From Bilabrum cf. latius (lineage: Eukaryota): a DNA stretch of 64,000 nt. Below are positions 23,901 to 37,100 of the stretch, one piece after another. The notes beneath the pieces were generated by a model. That model was not told the origin of the DNA. It ran no database searches and worked only from the letters and a program-made list of their open reading frames with translations. How positions within the stretch are numbered: the stretch's first letter is position 1; each line of letters begins with the position of its first letter. The stretch is from the NCBI GenBank assembly GCA_965178125.1, contig OZ237747.1, positions 62,001 through 126,000 on the forward strand, in the 5' to 3' direction. The translations under genes were made by a program, and so were the position numbers.

Positions 23901-25874
23901 AGCAGCCTTCTGCGTGCCTCCCTCCTCCTGTACCTCGATCCACTCCGGCAGCTGCAGCTGCGAGTCCAAGCATCTCTGCAGAACGCTCAGCGCGACCTGC
24001 TGATGCTCAGACATCTGCTGCAGGTGCGCCATGCAGTCTGCGCATGCGAACTGGTCCGCCGTGTCCAGTCCCTCCTGCACCAACGCAGTCTGCAGGGATA
24101 GCGGGACCTAGTTCAGCAGCAGCGTGAAGTACAGGTCCGCGAATCGCTGCATCTCCGGGGTGGCCCCAATCCTCTCCATCGTAGCCAGGAAGCGCAGCAC
24201 CTGCTCCCGCGGCAGCAGCGCGCCAGTGCCCAGCCAGGCGAACCCGGCGTGCAGTCGCCTGTGTGGCTCAAAGAACGTCCACCGGGAGTTGAGATGGGCC
24301 TGTGACACGTCCGTGGCCACCACTACCCGGCCTGGATGCTTCGAGTACGCCGAGAACAGCGCCCGCAGGTGCTTGGGTCGGTAGTCGTCGTCCACCACGA
24401 AGCACAGCTCTGTCCGCGCCTCTCTGCACCCCGTATATCTGGCCATTGTGAACGAGTTCTATGGGTTATTGATCACCCGGATGGGCACCCGTGTCGCTGC
24501 CCTCGTCTCACTCACACCGACCTCTCCGCCAGCTTCCTGGGCCTGCCCTGCCCCTGCCCCTGCCCCTGCCCCTGCCCCTGCCCCTCCCCTGGCATCCATG
24601 GCCTGCTCCGCCTCCCAGCCCGCGCAGTCCATCTCCTTCTCCGCGTCTCTTTCCATGGGCCGCTCCACGTCGTTGTTCACCACGATGAACTCGGCCAGCA
24701 GGGGAGCATAGTCCCGGATGGCCTCGCACACGATGCCCCGGACATTGGCACGCCGACGGAAAGACACGATCACGCCCGTGGCCTGCGGCAGGGCATCGAA
24801 GCGGTCCTAGAGGGAGAGAGCCACTTCCTTGGCGCGTGCCATCTCCACGTTCGGTCCCACCAGCTTGATCGAGTAGTTCTGCTTGGCTTGCGCTGCCTGC
24901 AGCCGCGTGGCCACCAGGGGGTTGGACCCGAGCACCGGAGTCAGTGCGGCGATGCAGGCTCGGTCCTCGTCCTCCCGGGGATGCGCGCCCAGGGACGCCT
25001 TGGAGGATGGAATCACCTGCAGGGGCGGCAGCCCGGTTTCCTTTGCCACCAGCATGTTCATGGCGACGTCGTCACACCCCGCGAGACCGTCCACCTCCCG
25101 CAGCAGCTGCACCTGGGAAGCGTACAAGAGCAAGAGGCGCCTGTGCAGTAGCGCTGCACGGGTCGACACGACAGAATATGAATCCCTATATCGCGACTTC
25201 ATGCTATCAGGGATACCTGCCGCTCGTGCGAAGGGGCCAACGATCCTCTGCCGGTTGTCTCGCCACACCGCAACCATCTACTCCACGTCTTCGCCACTTA
25301 GCTAGACCCCAGGCTAAACAATCAGGGCAGCGTTATTCTTTACGTGCTAGCCAAGCAGGAACCTATTATTCATGGTCGCGCTTCGCACTGGAATGAGCTT
25401 GATTTGCACCGAACCAGCACTTACCTTTGGAGGCGTCTCAACTGAGCTCCAAGCAACCACTGCTGATTGCACCAAGTTGGAAGTTGACATGCTCTGCAGA
25501 AGCTTACGCAGCTTGCGCAAGTCATCGACAGAATTTGCGTGTGACAGAACGGTTACTCCGTCTTCACCAAGGACCTGTCCAGTGGGTGGCTCCCCAGCCA
25601 AGTTCCTCATGCTGTCGTAAGCCGCAGCATCGTTTCCCGGTGATTCAATCACAACCGGACAATAAAAATCAGAGCGCTGGGGCGTACCATAGTTTTGCTT
25701 GACGCCCGTCTCGCTGCTAACGGTGGCCGGTCCATCAAGAGGCTTGGAAGTTACGGTGGCTGAATATATCAAACCGATTCCAAAAAGGACTAGCACAGTT
25801 CCAAGTGCAATATATAATACTTTTGAACCATCAATGCCGCTCTTTCCTTTGGGACCTCTAGGCCGGGCCTGCAT
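20907..25874 (-). CDS. Multi-domain type II membrane glycosyltransferase (~1655 aa): GT64/EXTL2-like, GT-A-like, GT-B-like and C-terminal GT2
   Basis: Eight ORF fragments in one frame joined only by TAG. N-terminal TM (VLYIALGTVLVLFGIGLIY). GT64-like TMNNRF...VWRDNRQRIVG and GCDDVAMNML. CFVVDDD. GT2 motifs PLVSVCIPNYNR, IIVVDDGS, GASGARN and YFFDNDD. Ends at TGA. Confidence 0.8.
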
Positions 25875-26183
25875 CGTTTGTGGTCCGTTTTTTTGGGTAG
25901 GCGCAGAAAACTATAAATACACGTTACTGGTTTTGCTCCAACAGTTGGACATTTTTGGTGTTTCTTTGGCCTCCCGCGGGCTGATGTGTATCGTTTACTT
26001 GGTCTACACGAAGCCCCATTAGGGAGCGGTGCCTCATACCGTCAAAAATATTCCAAACAGCTCGTCAATGGTATTCTGGGCTGCTTTCGGCAAAAATTCT
26101 GTCTTTACCAAATTGACTCGTCACACACCTGAACACCCGCATTAAAGATTCGCCGAATCGGAACGTCGCAGTTGTTGTCAAGT

Positions 26184-28451
26184 ATGGCAGCTGTAGCGGG
26201 AGCCTCGTCGGAACTGGTACAAGACACGACTAGTGGTGCAAGTTGTCTGTCGAGTCCGATTCTCGTTGATCCTGCGAGTGCCAGTAAAGTCTCATCAGCT
26301 GCATGCACTTTCTCCTTACAATCTGCCACTGCTGGTACAGATACGGACGTAGCGAGGCAAATTACCGATGAATTAGCAAGTAATTTCCATAGCACAGTAT
26401 TTGCGTCGGCAGGGGTGGACAAACATACCGACGATGCTGCTTCTTTGATTGGATCTTTTTAGAAGACAGGCGAGGCTTCTTGGGAGCGCGGGGTAGGCAC
26501 GTTTGAGCATCAGAAAGACCTACCGTCCCTTCCGGTACCAGAACTGGATGACACATTGGACAAGTACCTAAAGTCGGTGGAGCCTTTGCTATCGCCCGGC
26601 GAGCTTGAGCACACCAAATCGGTGGTGGAAGAGTTCAGGGAGGGTGCTGGCAAGAAGCTGCAGGCCCTGTTGGAGGCGCGGGCAGGCGAGGAGCGAAACT
26701 GGCTGGAGGAATGGTGGGAGTAGCTCGTGTACCTGCGTGCCAGGTACCCCATCGCGGTGTGGATCAATTGGCACGGGATTCTGCCGGGCAGCTGGGGCGC
26801 GCACGGCGTCCGGCAGGCGGAGGCGGCCGCCATGTTCACCCGCCACATCGCCAATTTTCGGCTGCAGCTGCTGGATGGAACCCTCCCCGCCGAGGCCATC
26901 TTGGGGAACAAGATGTGCATGCACCAGTTTACCCGCATGTTCAACAGTGTCCGCGCCCCAGGGGAGGGCATGGACGAGATCCGCGTGTTCCCTGACAGGG
27001 AGCTCACCGACGTGGTGGTCATGCGTGGGGGCGCGCTGTACTCATTCCCCGTGGTGGACCCCAAGACGCACGAGTCCCTCCCCCACTGGCACCTGGTGGA
27101 GCAGTTCGAGCGGGTCAGGGCGGGCTCGGCCCTCTTCGAGATGGGGTCGGAGCCACCGGTGGCCATGCTGACAGCGCAGGAGAGGGACGAGTGGGCCCGC
27201 GCCCGCGCCCACCTGGAGTCCATCTCCCCCATCAACCGGGCCTCGCTGGATGCCATCGACCGGGCCATCGTGGTGCTCGTGCTGGACGACGGGCCCGTCC
27301 CCCGCAGCACCAAAGAGGCCGCAGGGATCAATCTTGTAGGGAGGGAGGGCAAGGGAGACCGATGGTTCGACAAACCCATCCAGATGGTTGTGTACGAGAA
27401 CGGCACCGGCGGTGTCAACGGAGAGCACACTTGGGCTGACGCGATGGCTGTGGTGAGCCTCTTCGAGCGGGTCACCAGGACGGTCGAGGCGGAGCTGAGG
27501 GAGAACGGGGGCCTGCCCAGCTCTCTGCCGCCTGTCGCCCTGCCCGCCTCGGCTGGAGGAAGAGGAGGGGGCAGCAGCAACGCTGCATCCGCACCGCCAT
27601 CGGCGCCCGGCGGTTGGTCCGGATCCATCCCCGCGCCCGGCCCCGAGCAGAAAGCCGTGTTGGATGGGATCCCTGCCCCTCGCAAGCTCGCCTGGGAGCT
27701 GGACGTGCCTGCCACGCAGAGCGTGGAGCTCGCTGCCACTCACCTGCGCGAGATCAGCCGCAAAGTGGACATGGAGACGTTCGACTTCCGCTCGTTCGGG
27801 AAAGCCTTCATGAAGCGGTACAAGCTCATCCCGGACTTTTTCGTGCAGATGGCCATCCAGCTCGCGCACTACCGGCTGCACGGGCGGCTGGTTGCGACCT
27901 ATGAGTCCTGCCACACGCGCTTGTTCTACCACGGCCGCACCGAGACGATCCGCACGACGAGCGTTGAGGTGCGGGACTGGCTGCAGGCCATGGAGGAGAG
28001 CTCCAAGAAATCCGACAGTGAGCGGTTCGAGCTGCTGCAGACCAGCATCAAGGCACACAAGGCCTTTGCCAAGGACTGCCTCATGGGCAAGGGCATCGAT
28101 AGGCACCTACTGGGCATGTACATCCTCTCCGAGATGGGCGCGGTGTCGCCTAAGCCCAGCCTTTTCACGGACAAGTCGTGGACGGAGAGCACGAACTTCA
28201 GGCTGTCCACGTCCAACGTGTCCATGCGAGACGGCGTGGTGTGCGGAGGGTTCATGGCAATGAAGACGGACGGGTACGGCGTGTGCTACGCGATTCGGCC
28301 GGACCGCATCTTCTTCAGCATCACGTCCAACACCGACTGCCCCGACACCAAGGCCATCGACATGCGGGAGGCACTCGCGCAGGCGCTTGGGGACATGCAG
28401 AAGCTGTGCTGCACGCGCAACGTTGCGTACGTGGCCCAGTCCAAGCTGTGA
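26184..28451 (+). CDS. Carnitine/choline acyltransferase, peroxisomal (CROT-like), C-terminal SKL
   Basis: LPSLPVPELDDTLDKYL, NWLEEWWE*LVYL, DRWFDK, catalytic EHTWADA, TYESCHTRLFYHGRTETIR, GKGIDRHL, LSTSN and DGYGVCY. In-frame TAGs at 26460 and 26721. Ends QSKL-TGA. Confidence 0.9.
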
Positions 28452-28590
28452 GGTTGCACAAGGCACTGGCAGGGCGAAGCCGGGGTGAGGGATGGGCATG
28501 GCATGGCTAGGTCTGATCAGCATGCTATCGCTGGTGCTTCATCTTGTGACTTCGTGCAGTTCCGGTCTAGCATCACTGTGCAGATTCGAT

Positions 28591-31500
28591 TCATTTTTTC
28601 TTTCCTTTCCGGGCCTGCTTCCCTCTGAGACCCCCGGGCCCGTCCCTGCGAGCCCTTCCCCCCGTTCGCTTGTTCTCTTGCCGCTCGGCGGCCTGCTGCC
28701 TCTGTGCCGCCCGCTGCCGCCTCACGGTCTTGCGCACCTCTGGGTTGGACATGTCCACCTTGTTCTGCTCCGCCGCCCGCCGTGCCTCAGTCACCGTGGC
28801 GAAGGTCTCTCGGAACCTCCTCATCTCGGGCGGCAGCTCCGCGGCGATCGCAGCCTCCGAGAACTCGAGGGGGTCCGAGGACACGGCGCCTGCACGGGGC
28901 GCCACCAGGTCCAGGGGCTCGTCCCGGCCGTCCAGTGGCAGCCCGTCGGGCCCCAGCACACGGACATTCGCGCGGCGCGGCTCGGCCGCCCTCCTGGGCG
29001 CGAAGACCATCCCCTTGGTCGGCAGCACCCGTCTCCTGCGCGACCGCCCTTCCAGATCCTGCCCCGCCACACGCACCCCCTACTCGAGGGGAACCACACC
29101 GTCAGCAGCTGACCCGTCTGGCCCCATCCCCGGCCCCGGCCCCGGCCGTTGCTCCTGCTACTCTTGGCCCCCCCAACTAGCACCAGCATCGGCACCAGCA
29201 CCGGCACCGGCACCAGCACCGGCACCAGCACCGGCACCGGCACCAGCACCGGCACCAGCACCGGCACCAGCACCGGCACCAGCACCAGCACCAGCACCAG
29301 CACCAGCACCAGCACCAGCACCAGCACCAGCACCAGCACCGGCACCAGCACCGGCACCAGCACCAGCACCAGCACCGGCACCAACACCAGCACCAGCACC
29401 AGCACCATCACCAGTGTCCTGCTCGTGCATAACTCGCTGCCACTCGCCGCCGAGGGCCCCTTCCTCGGCCCAGCGTGCACTGGCTGCGTCGCTGTCTTCC
29501 CCCTGCCCGCCGCCACTCTCTTGCTCCTGTCCCTTACTTTTCCTGCCGAGACCCGCCCTCCTCTTTCTCCGCACCTCATTGGATGGGCCCTTGTCGAACT
29601 CGTCGCTCATGTCGCCGAAGTCTACATCCATTTCATCGTCGCCTGATCCACCCGCCGCCGTAGACCCAAGCCCCTCATCGCCCAGACCCTCGTCTGCCCC
29701 GCTGCGCCGCCTCCGCTGTCGCTCTCGCTCCTATGCCTTGGTGAATTGCCTCAGTTCTGCCGCCTCCTCTTGCTTCCCTGGGTATGCCCGCACATCCACG
29801 CCCTCGTGCACTTCCTGCCCGTCCATCGCAAGCACCTGGACACTGCCGCGGCCCGTTCTCTCCTCACGCGCCACCGCCCGACGCATGGCCGACTCGGACT
29901 TGCCATCCTTGCGGGCGATCCATGCGGGCCACAGCCCTCCCCAGCCCGCCCGCCTCGATGCCCTGTAGGCCCCTGGGAAGATGTCCCTCAGCTTGCGCTT
30001 GGACGGCACCCACCTCTCCAGCGTGCCCCAGGGAGTGCACACATCGAGGATGGTGTGTCCACCGCGCTTCATTGGCATGCGCACGATGCGGCAGAACTGC
30101 CCTGCCCCCGGCAGCTCCTCCCGAATGGCCGCAGCCACCAGCCGAGACAGCGCGATGCTGGCCCTCTCCGTCTCCTCATTCACCTGGCGAGAACGGGCCC
30201 AGCCCGGCGGGATACGGTCGTTTGTGCTGCTGACCCATCCCGCCTCCCCTCCCTATCCCTCCTCTGCTGGCACCTGAGCCTCGCCGGCCTCATCCTCCCC
30301 GCTACCCGCCCCACGGTGCGCGTAACCATCCACGTCAAGAATCACGCGGGAGTCGCCACTGCCTGCAGACGCTGTGTCCTTGCCTTCGCTCGCCTGCAGT
30401 CCATCGGACTAATCGCCCCTACCGTTTCCCCCCTCAGACTGTGCCTCCTCAAGGTCAAGCCCATGCAACTCAGCAGACCCACTCGGCCCCCCAGCCTCGT
30501 TCTCAATATCAGACACATCCACCCAGCCCTACCCCGCCACGAACCGCTGCCTCCTCACCACGACGCCCTGTCGGCGCAGCTCGTCCACGATCCCCCCACC
30601 GCCCTGCCCTTGCACGCCGATGTCACCAAGGCCCTCCATGTGCCCAACCAGCTCCTCGGGTCGGATGCTCAGGCCAGCCTGCCTCCCCTCGGCCCCCATG
30701 CGTCGCAGGACCCAGTCCTGCGCCGCGCCCGACCGAATGGCGGATCCAAGTGAGCCGCGCCCGTCCCCAGCAGCGTTGTTCGCCTCGCGCTGCGCATCCG
30801 CTGCCATCCGTGACTGCGCCAACTGCACGTAGTCCACTGTTCCCTAGGGCCCCCACTCCTCACCCCCGCCGCCCCCTGCACTCCCTACCTGCTCTTGGCC
30901 TGCCCCCGACAGCCCCAGACCCAGACCCAGCCCAGCCATAGTGGACCACCCCTGGTGGCCCGGCCTGCGGCGGAAGAACTCCGGGTCCATGGCCTCGCGC
31001 ACCAGAGAGCGGTCCCTCTCCAGTTCTAGCAAGCGCTCCATGGTCAGGCCCCGCTCCTTCCACCCCTCCAGTCCCTGCTGCCCAGGGTCGGCCCCCCGCA
31101 CCTCGGAGCCTTCGGGGGCCTCCGCAAAGGCAGGCTCATCCCCGTCCGCACCCCCGCCCATCAGATCTGCCAGCGACGGCTCGGGCTCCCCCAGATCCGT
31201 GTCCTCCGACCCCCCCTCGCCCCACTCTGATTCTTCTCCGCTCTCAGACCCGCTGTCCTCGGCGAGGGCCATCAGCCGAGCCACCGAGAACCCGTCCTCT
31301 TCCTCGCCTTCTTTCACTTGGGTCAAAGGGGAGGTGGAGGAAGAAGAGCGCAAACCTCGAGCCCCGGCTCTGTTCCTGGCACCAGCCCCATCCAGCCCCT
31401 CTTCCTTGGCCGCCAGCTCCATGGCCAGGATGCGGCCCGCTGCCGAGCGATTGCGCAGCCACCACGTGCTGGGCTCCAGTAGCACCGAAACAGCATTCTC

Positions 31501-33790
31501 CGCCCCGGGGCCCCGACCGGGGACCATGGGAGCACCCACGGACCCACGGGCCGTGAGCATTGGCTCGGCTAGGCTGTCGGCGGGGTCTGCCTCCCCGAAG
31601 GCTCCCTCCTCGGGCAGATCGCCTCGCTGGGGTGCAATGGTGCTCTAGGCGACACCTCGCTCGCTACCACTCCCCTCCGCAGGCGGTAAGAACCCCTGCC
31701 GTCCCTAGCCCAGCCTGCCTCCACCCTCCGGTCCTCCCAGCGCGAGCACCTCCTCTCCATCCCGCCGGTGCTGCTCCCACCGGTCCGAGAGCTCCACGGC
31801 CACCGCTGCCTCCTAGTACCCTGCGTGCTGCTGGGGGGGCAGGTGACCCACGGTCATAGGCGACGTGCGCCGGAGGGATACCCAGCTGAACTTCTCCTGC
31901 ATCGTGGGCAGCTTGCGGCCGGGGTTCTTCCTGGCGGTGGCTAGCCTGTGGTTGTACGAGGCTTGCGCAAAGTGGCACCAGGACTTGGGGTGCATGGGAC
32001 AGGCCATCGCGTGGGGGCACGGACCCACCACCGCCACTCCCGTGGGGGGCAGCTCCCCGGACCGCACTCTGGCCTGCTCCCAAGGCGCAAGCCGAGGCCT
32101 GGCTAGCCGCCGAACCAGTCCGTGCAGGTGGCTGGGCCTACCATCCTGACTCCCGCGCCCCCGCTTGCCCTTTGACCCTGCCCCCGCCCTCGCCCTCAGC
32201 CAGTCGGGCGACCGAGACCCGGCACCCTGCTGGGCGAGCGATGCCTGCCTGAATGACTCCATGGCCCCCTGGGGCCCCACCTCGGTCAGGGGCAGTTCCG
32301 GCAGGCGAGCTCTCGGCGCGCCAACGAGAGACTCCACGGCGCGAGCCGCAGCGGACGTCTGGCGGGCACCGGGGAGGCCCGGAGGAACGGACGCGTCCAG
32401 CTGCGCGGCCCCGCCCGATGCCAGCCTCATCTCGGCCTGTTTAGCACGATCCATGGCAGCCAAGGCCGCCTGCCGCCTCCCTTCCAATCCCTCGATAGGC
32501 ACCCTCTCGGCAGGCTCATCCGCGGGGGGCGGACCCTCCCACTTTGGCCAATCGCCCCCGTCCGAAGACCACCCGGCCCCACCATCTTCCTCCTGCCCCC
32601 CCTGCACCTCTCGTGCGCTTGCAGCATGCGGACCGTCCACGTTGCCACCCCGCCCCTGATCCTAAGCTACTCCCGACCCCTACCCCGCCGCCAACTCCAG
32701 CGGGTCTTTGTCCACGTCCTTCTGCCGAGCCATCTGCTCGAGAGCGCGGCCCCGGGCCAGTAGCCCGTCCCTGACCATCCGCACGCAGTGGAAGCCCCAC
32801 CGACTGCCCTTCTCAAGGACCACCAGCACGCCCCCCTCCGCCACAAGGTCCCACAGCCTCTCCGCCGCACGGGCTCGCTCCCCATCGCTGGACAGCTCGG
32901 CCAGCGAGTAGTGGCACAGCACCAGGTCGAACCGCCGCCCGGGAGCCACGCGCTACACCTCGTCCAGCGACCGGCGGAAGGCAGCCCCTGGCAGCCCCGC
33001 CTCCCTGAGCATGTGCTCGCACGCCTGCCGCATCGATCGGCTGGACTCGACGCACACAAGGTCGCCTCCACGAAGGGTCTGCGGCCACACGCGGGCCGCG
33101 GCCAGCGTGGCGCTGCCTACGCCAGATCCGAAGTCAAGCACAGACCTTGGCTGGTACCCCGTGATGCCCGGGGGCAGCGCCGCGCGCACCTGTCCCAGCA
33201 CGGACTGCGCCACTGCCAGGTTTGGCAGGGTGCGATGGAGCGCGTGAGCAAGCGTCTCAGCGGGCCCATACACCAGCGGGGGTGCTCTACCCGGCTCGTC
33301 ACGCTTGCTAAGACCTCTCTGCGAACATAATTCAAAAAGTCATGAGTATCAGCACGAGCTTGCGCCACAGCACAAGTCACCTAGAATAGCACGTCGATGC
33401 TCAACTTACGATTCGCCGCCACCGAGCGTCTTTGGTCTCGAAATCGTCCGGTGGTCGCTGGAGGGACTTCTGTAGATTCTATGTCCGGATAAGCACGCTG
33501 GCACTCATTCCTTTCCAGTGGTCACGCATGGATGTTACGCTTCGGCCTGCCACTAGCGCATCAACCCCATGGACAACCGCGGCAGGTGGGCGAACCGGCT
33601 CTCGGGCACGGTGCCGAGTCAGTTGCATATAGGGATTCAATGCAGACGGTGCGATGCGCGGCAAATCTTGACTCTTCTCAACCAGATCAGGAGGAGCAGC
33701 AGACGACTAAAGCCGTGTGCCCTTCTGTCGCCGCCAATTTGAGAGCCTCTACGGCAAATTTAATCCTATACCTCTTTGAACTAGGCGCAT
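28591..33790 (-). CDS. RSM22/METTL17-like mitochondrial small-subunit methyltransferase with very large low-complexity inserts (intron 33409-33319)
   Basis: SVLDFGSGVGS, FDLVLCHYSLAEL, GGVLVVLEKG, VVGPCPHAMACP..WCHFAQ..EKFSWV and RIVRMPMKRGGHTILDVCTPWGTLERW...YRASRRAGWGGLW lie in one frame across many TAGs. Phase-0 GTAAGT...GCAG intron. Arg-rich presequence. An alternative in-frame ATG lies at 33829. Confidence 0.8.
29180..29407. repeat. (GCACCA/GCACCG)n hexamer microsatellite encoding poly-(Gly-Ala) in the RSM22-like gene
   Basis: About 38 tandem hexamers. Confidence 0.9.
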
Positions 33791-34126
33791 CTTCACGCAA
33801 TTATGCGATAATGCTTTGAAACTAGGCATAATATGCACCACAACCGCGCATTAAAGTGGGCTTTCCCTAGTTGCCTTTGCAGACAATTATTTTGTTGCGT
33901 GCACTCGCAAAAACTCAGACTATATTTCCTGAGACACGCGCGCCGTGCCCAAACTAGCGCGGCATTTTGCCGAGGATACGTAGAAGTAAGAGTATTCATA
34001 ATGCAGTTGCAGCCCTGCGTTGGGAAATACCGCCGCAATCGATATTTTCGTCCCAATATCCAACTGCGATCAGTCGATCCCGTCAAGCTGCCATCCAAGG
34101 ACTTGAGAGTTTGTGATTGTGCGCAG

Positions 34127-37100
34127 ATGTCGTTCTTTTCCAATTTGTTCGGAGGGAATGGACCAGATCAGCAGAAGCCGTCCGTTCAAAGGCCGCCGGA
34201 TGCTTCTTTTGCGTCTCGAAGGACTGCGCGAGGTGTCGGGTGAGGTGTCGACGTGTCGTGGTGGCAACTCGATCGGATGATGCCGGCATTGTGTTGCTTC
34301 CCCTAACTAACGTATCTGCACTGCCCTCGATCGCTCTCGTCTCCGCAGTCCGGGCGGCGTTGGTCCCCGCGGAACGGCAGCCCCGCAGCAGCCTGCGCAG
34401 CAACCCGCGAGCGCACAACGAGCACAGGAAGATTCCGGTAGACAAGGAACAGGAGGGTCGTCTGGATTTGGTTTCGTGGCCGGTGGTGGTACTGGCCAAG
34501 GCGGCTCTTCGTCTGCTCGCTCTCCTGCCCCAGCCCCAGCACCTGCCCCGGCCCCCTCAGCCGACAGCGGCTTCTCCTTCGTTGGAGGGGCGGGAGGAGG
34601 TGAGGCCTCTATCACCGCCGCTGCACCCGCCCCTACCACTGCTCCTGCACCAGCACCAGCACCAGGGGGTGGACCTGGCAGTGGGTTTTCTTTCGTCGGT
34701 GGCGCGGGCGGGCCAGCCCCCTCTGTGTCCGGCACTCCTGCAGGGCCGGGGGCAGGGGCAGGGCCGGGGGCAGGGGCAGGAGCAGGGGCAGGAGCAGGCG
34801 GGTTTTCCTTCATGTCAGGGGGCGCTAACGCCGCGACGGCGCCTGCGCCTGCTGCCAGCTCACCTGCCGGGGCTGGTTCCACCACTGGCAGCGTGCTTTC
34901 CGGCTTTGGATCCAGCGCTACTGGGGCTACACCCGCCCCGGCCCCTGCTGGCCTCGGCCCCAGCGGCTTGTCCATGGCGAGCAGCGTGGCGGCTGTGGGC
35001 GACGTGCAGGTGCAGCCGTCGCGCGTGAAGAAGAGGCGGAGCAAACGCAGAGTTGGCGCGGGGAGGGGTGCGGGTGCATTGGCAGGAGCCCCTGGTGCCG
35101 GTGCCGGTGCCGGGGACGACGAGGCCCAGTCGCAGGTGTCTAGGGGGTCGGGGGGCACGGGCATGGGTCCTGGTGCAGGGGCAGAGGGCGGCTCCCAGAC
35201 AGCGGGAGGGGGGTAGCAGCCGGGCGCCTCGTCTTCCGTGTTCCAGGGGATGTAGATGAGGCAGGGCGCAGCTGGGGCCGGGGTGCAGGGGGGGCCCGGG
35301 TCTGCCGGTGCGGGCAGTGGGTCGGGGGCAGGGGGCGGGGGGAGCGGCCTGCTTGCTGGTTTGGCCATCCGCGGCGGGGCGGGCGGGGCAGGATCCACCC
35401 CAGCGGGTGGGACAGGAGCCACTGGTCAGGGCGGCTTCGGCTCAGCGAGCGTGGTGTCCACTACGAGCGGGACTGTGGCCGTGCCTCCCGGGGGCATGGG
35501 CGGGGGGCAGGGGTTCTCGTTCATGGCAGGAGGTGGGCCTGGGCCCGGAGCCGGTGGGGGTCCTCCTGCTGTGCAAGAGGAGAGCGAGGGTGCCGGTCCC
35601 TCGGATGCGTTCGCGGGTGTTCCAGTGCCTGCCCCTGCCCCTGCAGCCGAGTCAGAGGGTACCGATGGGAAGGAAGCCAATGACGCGGACAGCACTGAGG
35701 CAGATCCAGAGAGCAAGCGGGAGACAGAGCAGCAAGAGGAAGAAGACAACCGTGGCGGCTCCACAGACGCGCCCAGTCCGGGAAAATAGGATGCTGCACC
35801 CGGACCCACGCATGCATCGCCCCCCACCCAGCCTGACTCGCCCTCTTCGTAGTAGCGGGCCAGCGGCAGCACAGCAGCGCCCCGGAGGTCTGTTCCCCAG
35901 GGCGCCGTGCAGCAGTTCGAGTCCGTGGTGCGGACCTTCGAGCTGGCCGCGAGGCAGGCTCGCAGGGAGCTGCTGGACGCGCAGGCAGAGCTGCAGAGGC
36001 TGCGGCAGGAAGACAGGGGGGTGGCGGATCGGCTGGCGCGCACCGGGGACCGGCTCTAGCGGGCCCGCAAGCAGCAGGACGAGGCCGTGCAGTCGGAGGA
36101 CTTCGAGGAGGCCGATGCGCTGAACGCCACGGTGGACGCGATCCAGGCCCAGATGCAGGGGCTGGAGGGGACGCGGGAGCAGCTGCAGCTGCAGATCCGC
36201 AGGGCCGAGGAGAGGGAGGCCACGGCGCAGCAGGAGGCGCTGGCTTGCGCTCAGGGGGCGGCCGTGGGCTTCCGCAAGTGGGGCGGGGACCGCGAGGACC
36301 GGCAGAGGCAGTTCAGCCGCGAGTCGCAGGCCACGCAGGCGCACTTGCGGGAACGGATCCTGGCCGAGCGAGAGCAGGCGCTGCTTCGGACCGCCGGCGT
36401 GGAGCGGGAGCAGGAGCTGGTCGAGCGTGAACGCACCGAGCTCGAGGCCTCGATCGCGGAGCAGACGGACGGGGTGAAGGAGGAGAGAGACGCTGCAGCT
36501 CGGCGCCTGGAGGACGCCCGGCAGAGGAGAGAGGAGCTGGAGAGGCAGCTGGCCGAGGCGCGGCAGACGGAAGCCAAGGAGACGGCCGCCCTCGAGGCGC
36601 TGGACGCTAAAATCGAGCGCATCCGCAAGCGATTCGAGCGGCAGCTGCAGCGGCTGCAAGACCGGCTGTCTCAGGTGCGCGCGGACCATGGCGAGTGCGA
36701 GCGGGAGCTGCAGAGCCTCCGCAAGCAGCGAGAGCAGGCGCAGCAGGACCACAGGAGGGACGTGGTCACCGAGGCCCGGCTGGACGAGCAGGTGCGCATT
36801 GCCCGGCGCGAGCTGGCGGTCACGTCTGCCCTCCGCGACGGTCTGGCGGCGCACATCCGTGCCCGTGAGGCGAGGGCGAGGTCCTCGAGCAGCGGGGCGG
36901 GCAGCAGCGGGGGCGCGAGCCAGGAGGTGGAGAGTCTGCGAAGGGACGTGCAGCAGGGGCTGGAGCAGCTGGAGGAGGCCCAGGGGCGGCGGACCTCTGT
37001 GGAGGAGCAGCTCAAGACCGTGGAGGCGGACGCGGACCGAGTGGCGGCCGAGGTGCCGCAGCTGCAGGAGCAGAAGCAGGTCGCGGTGAAGGGCCGCAAG

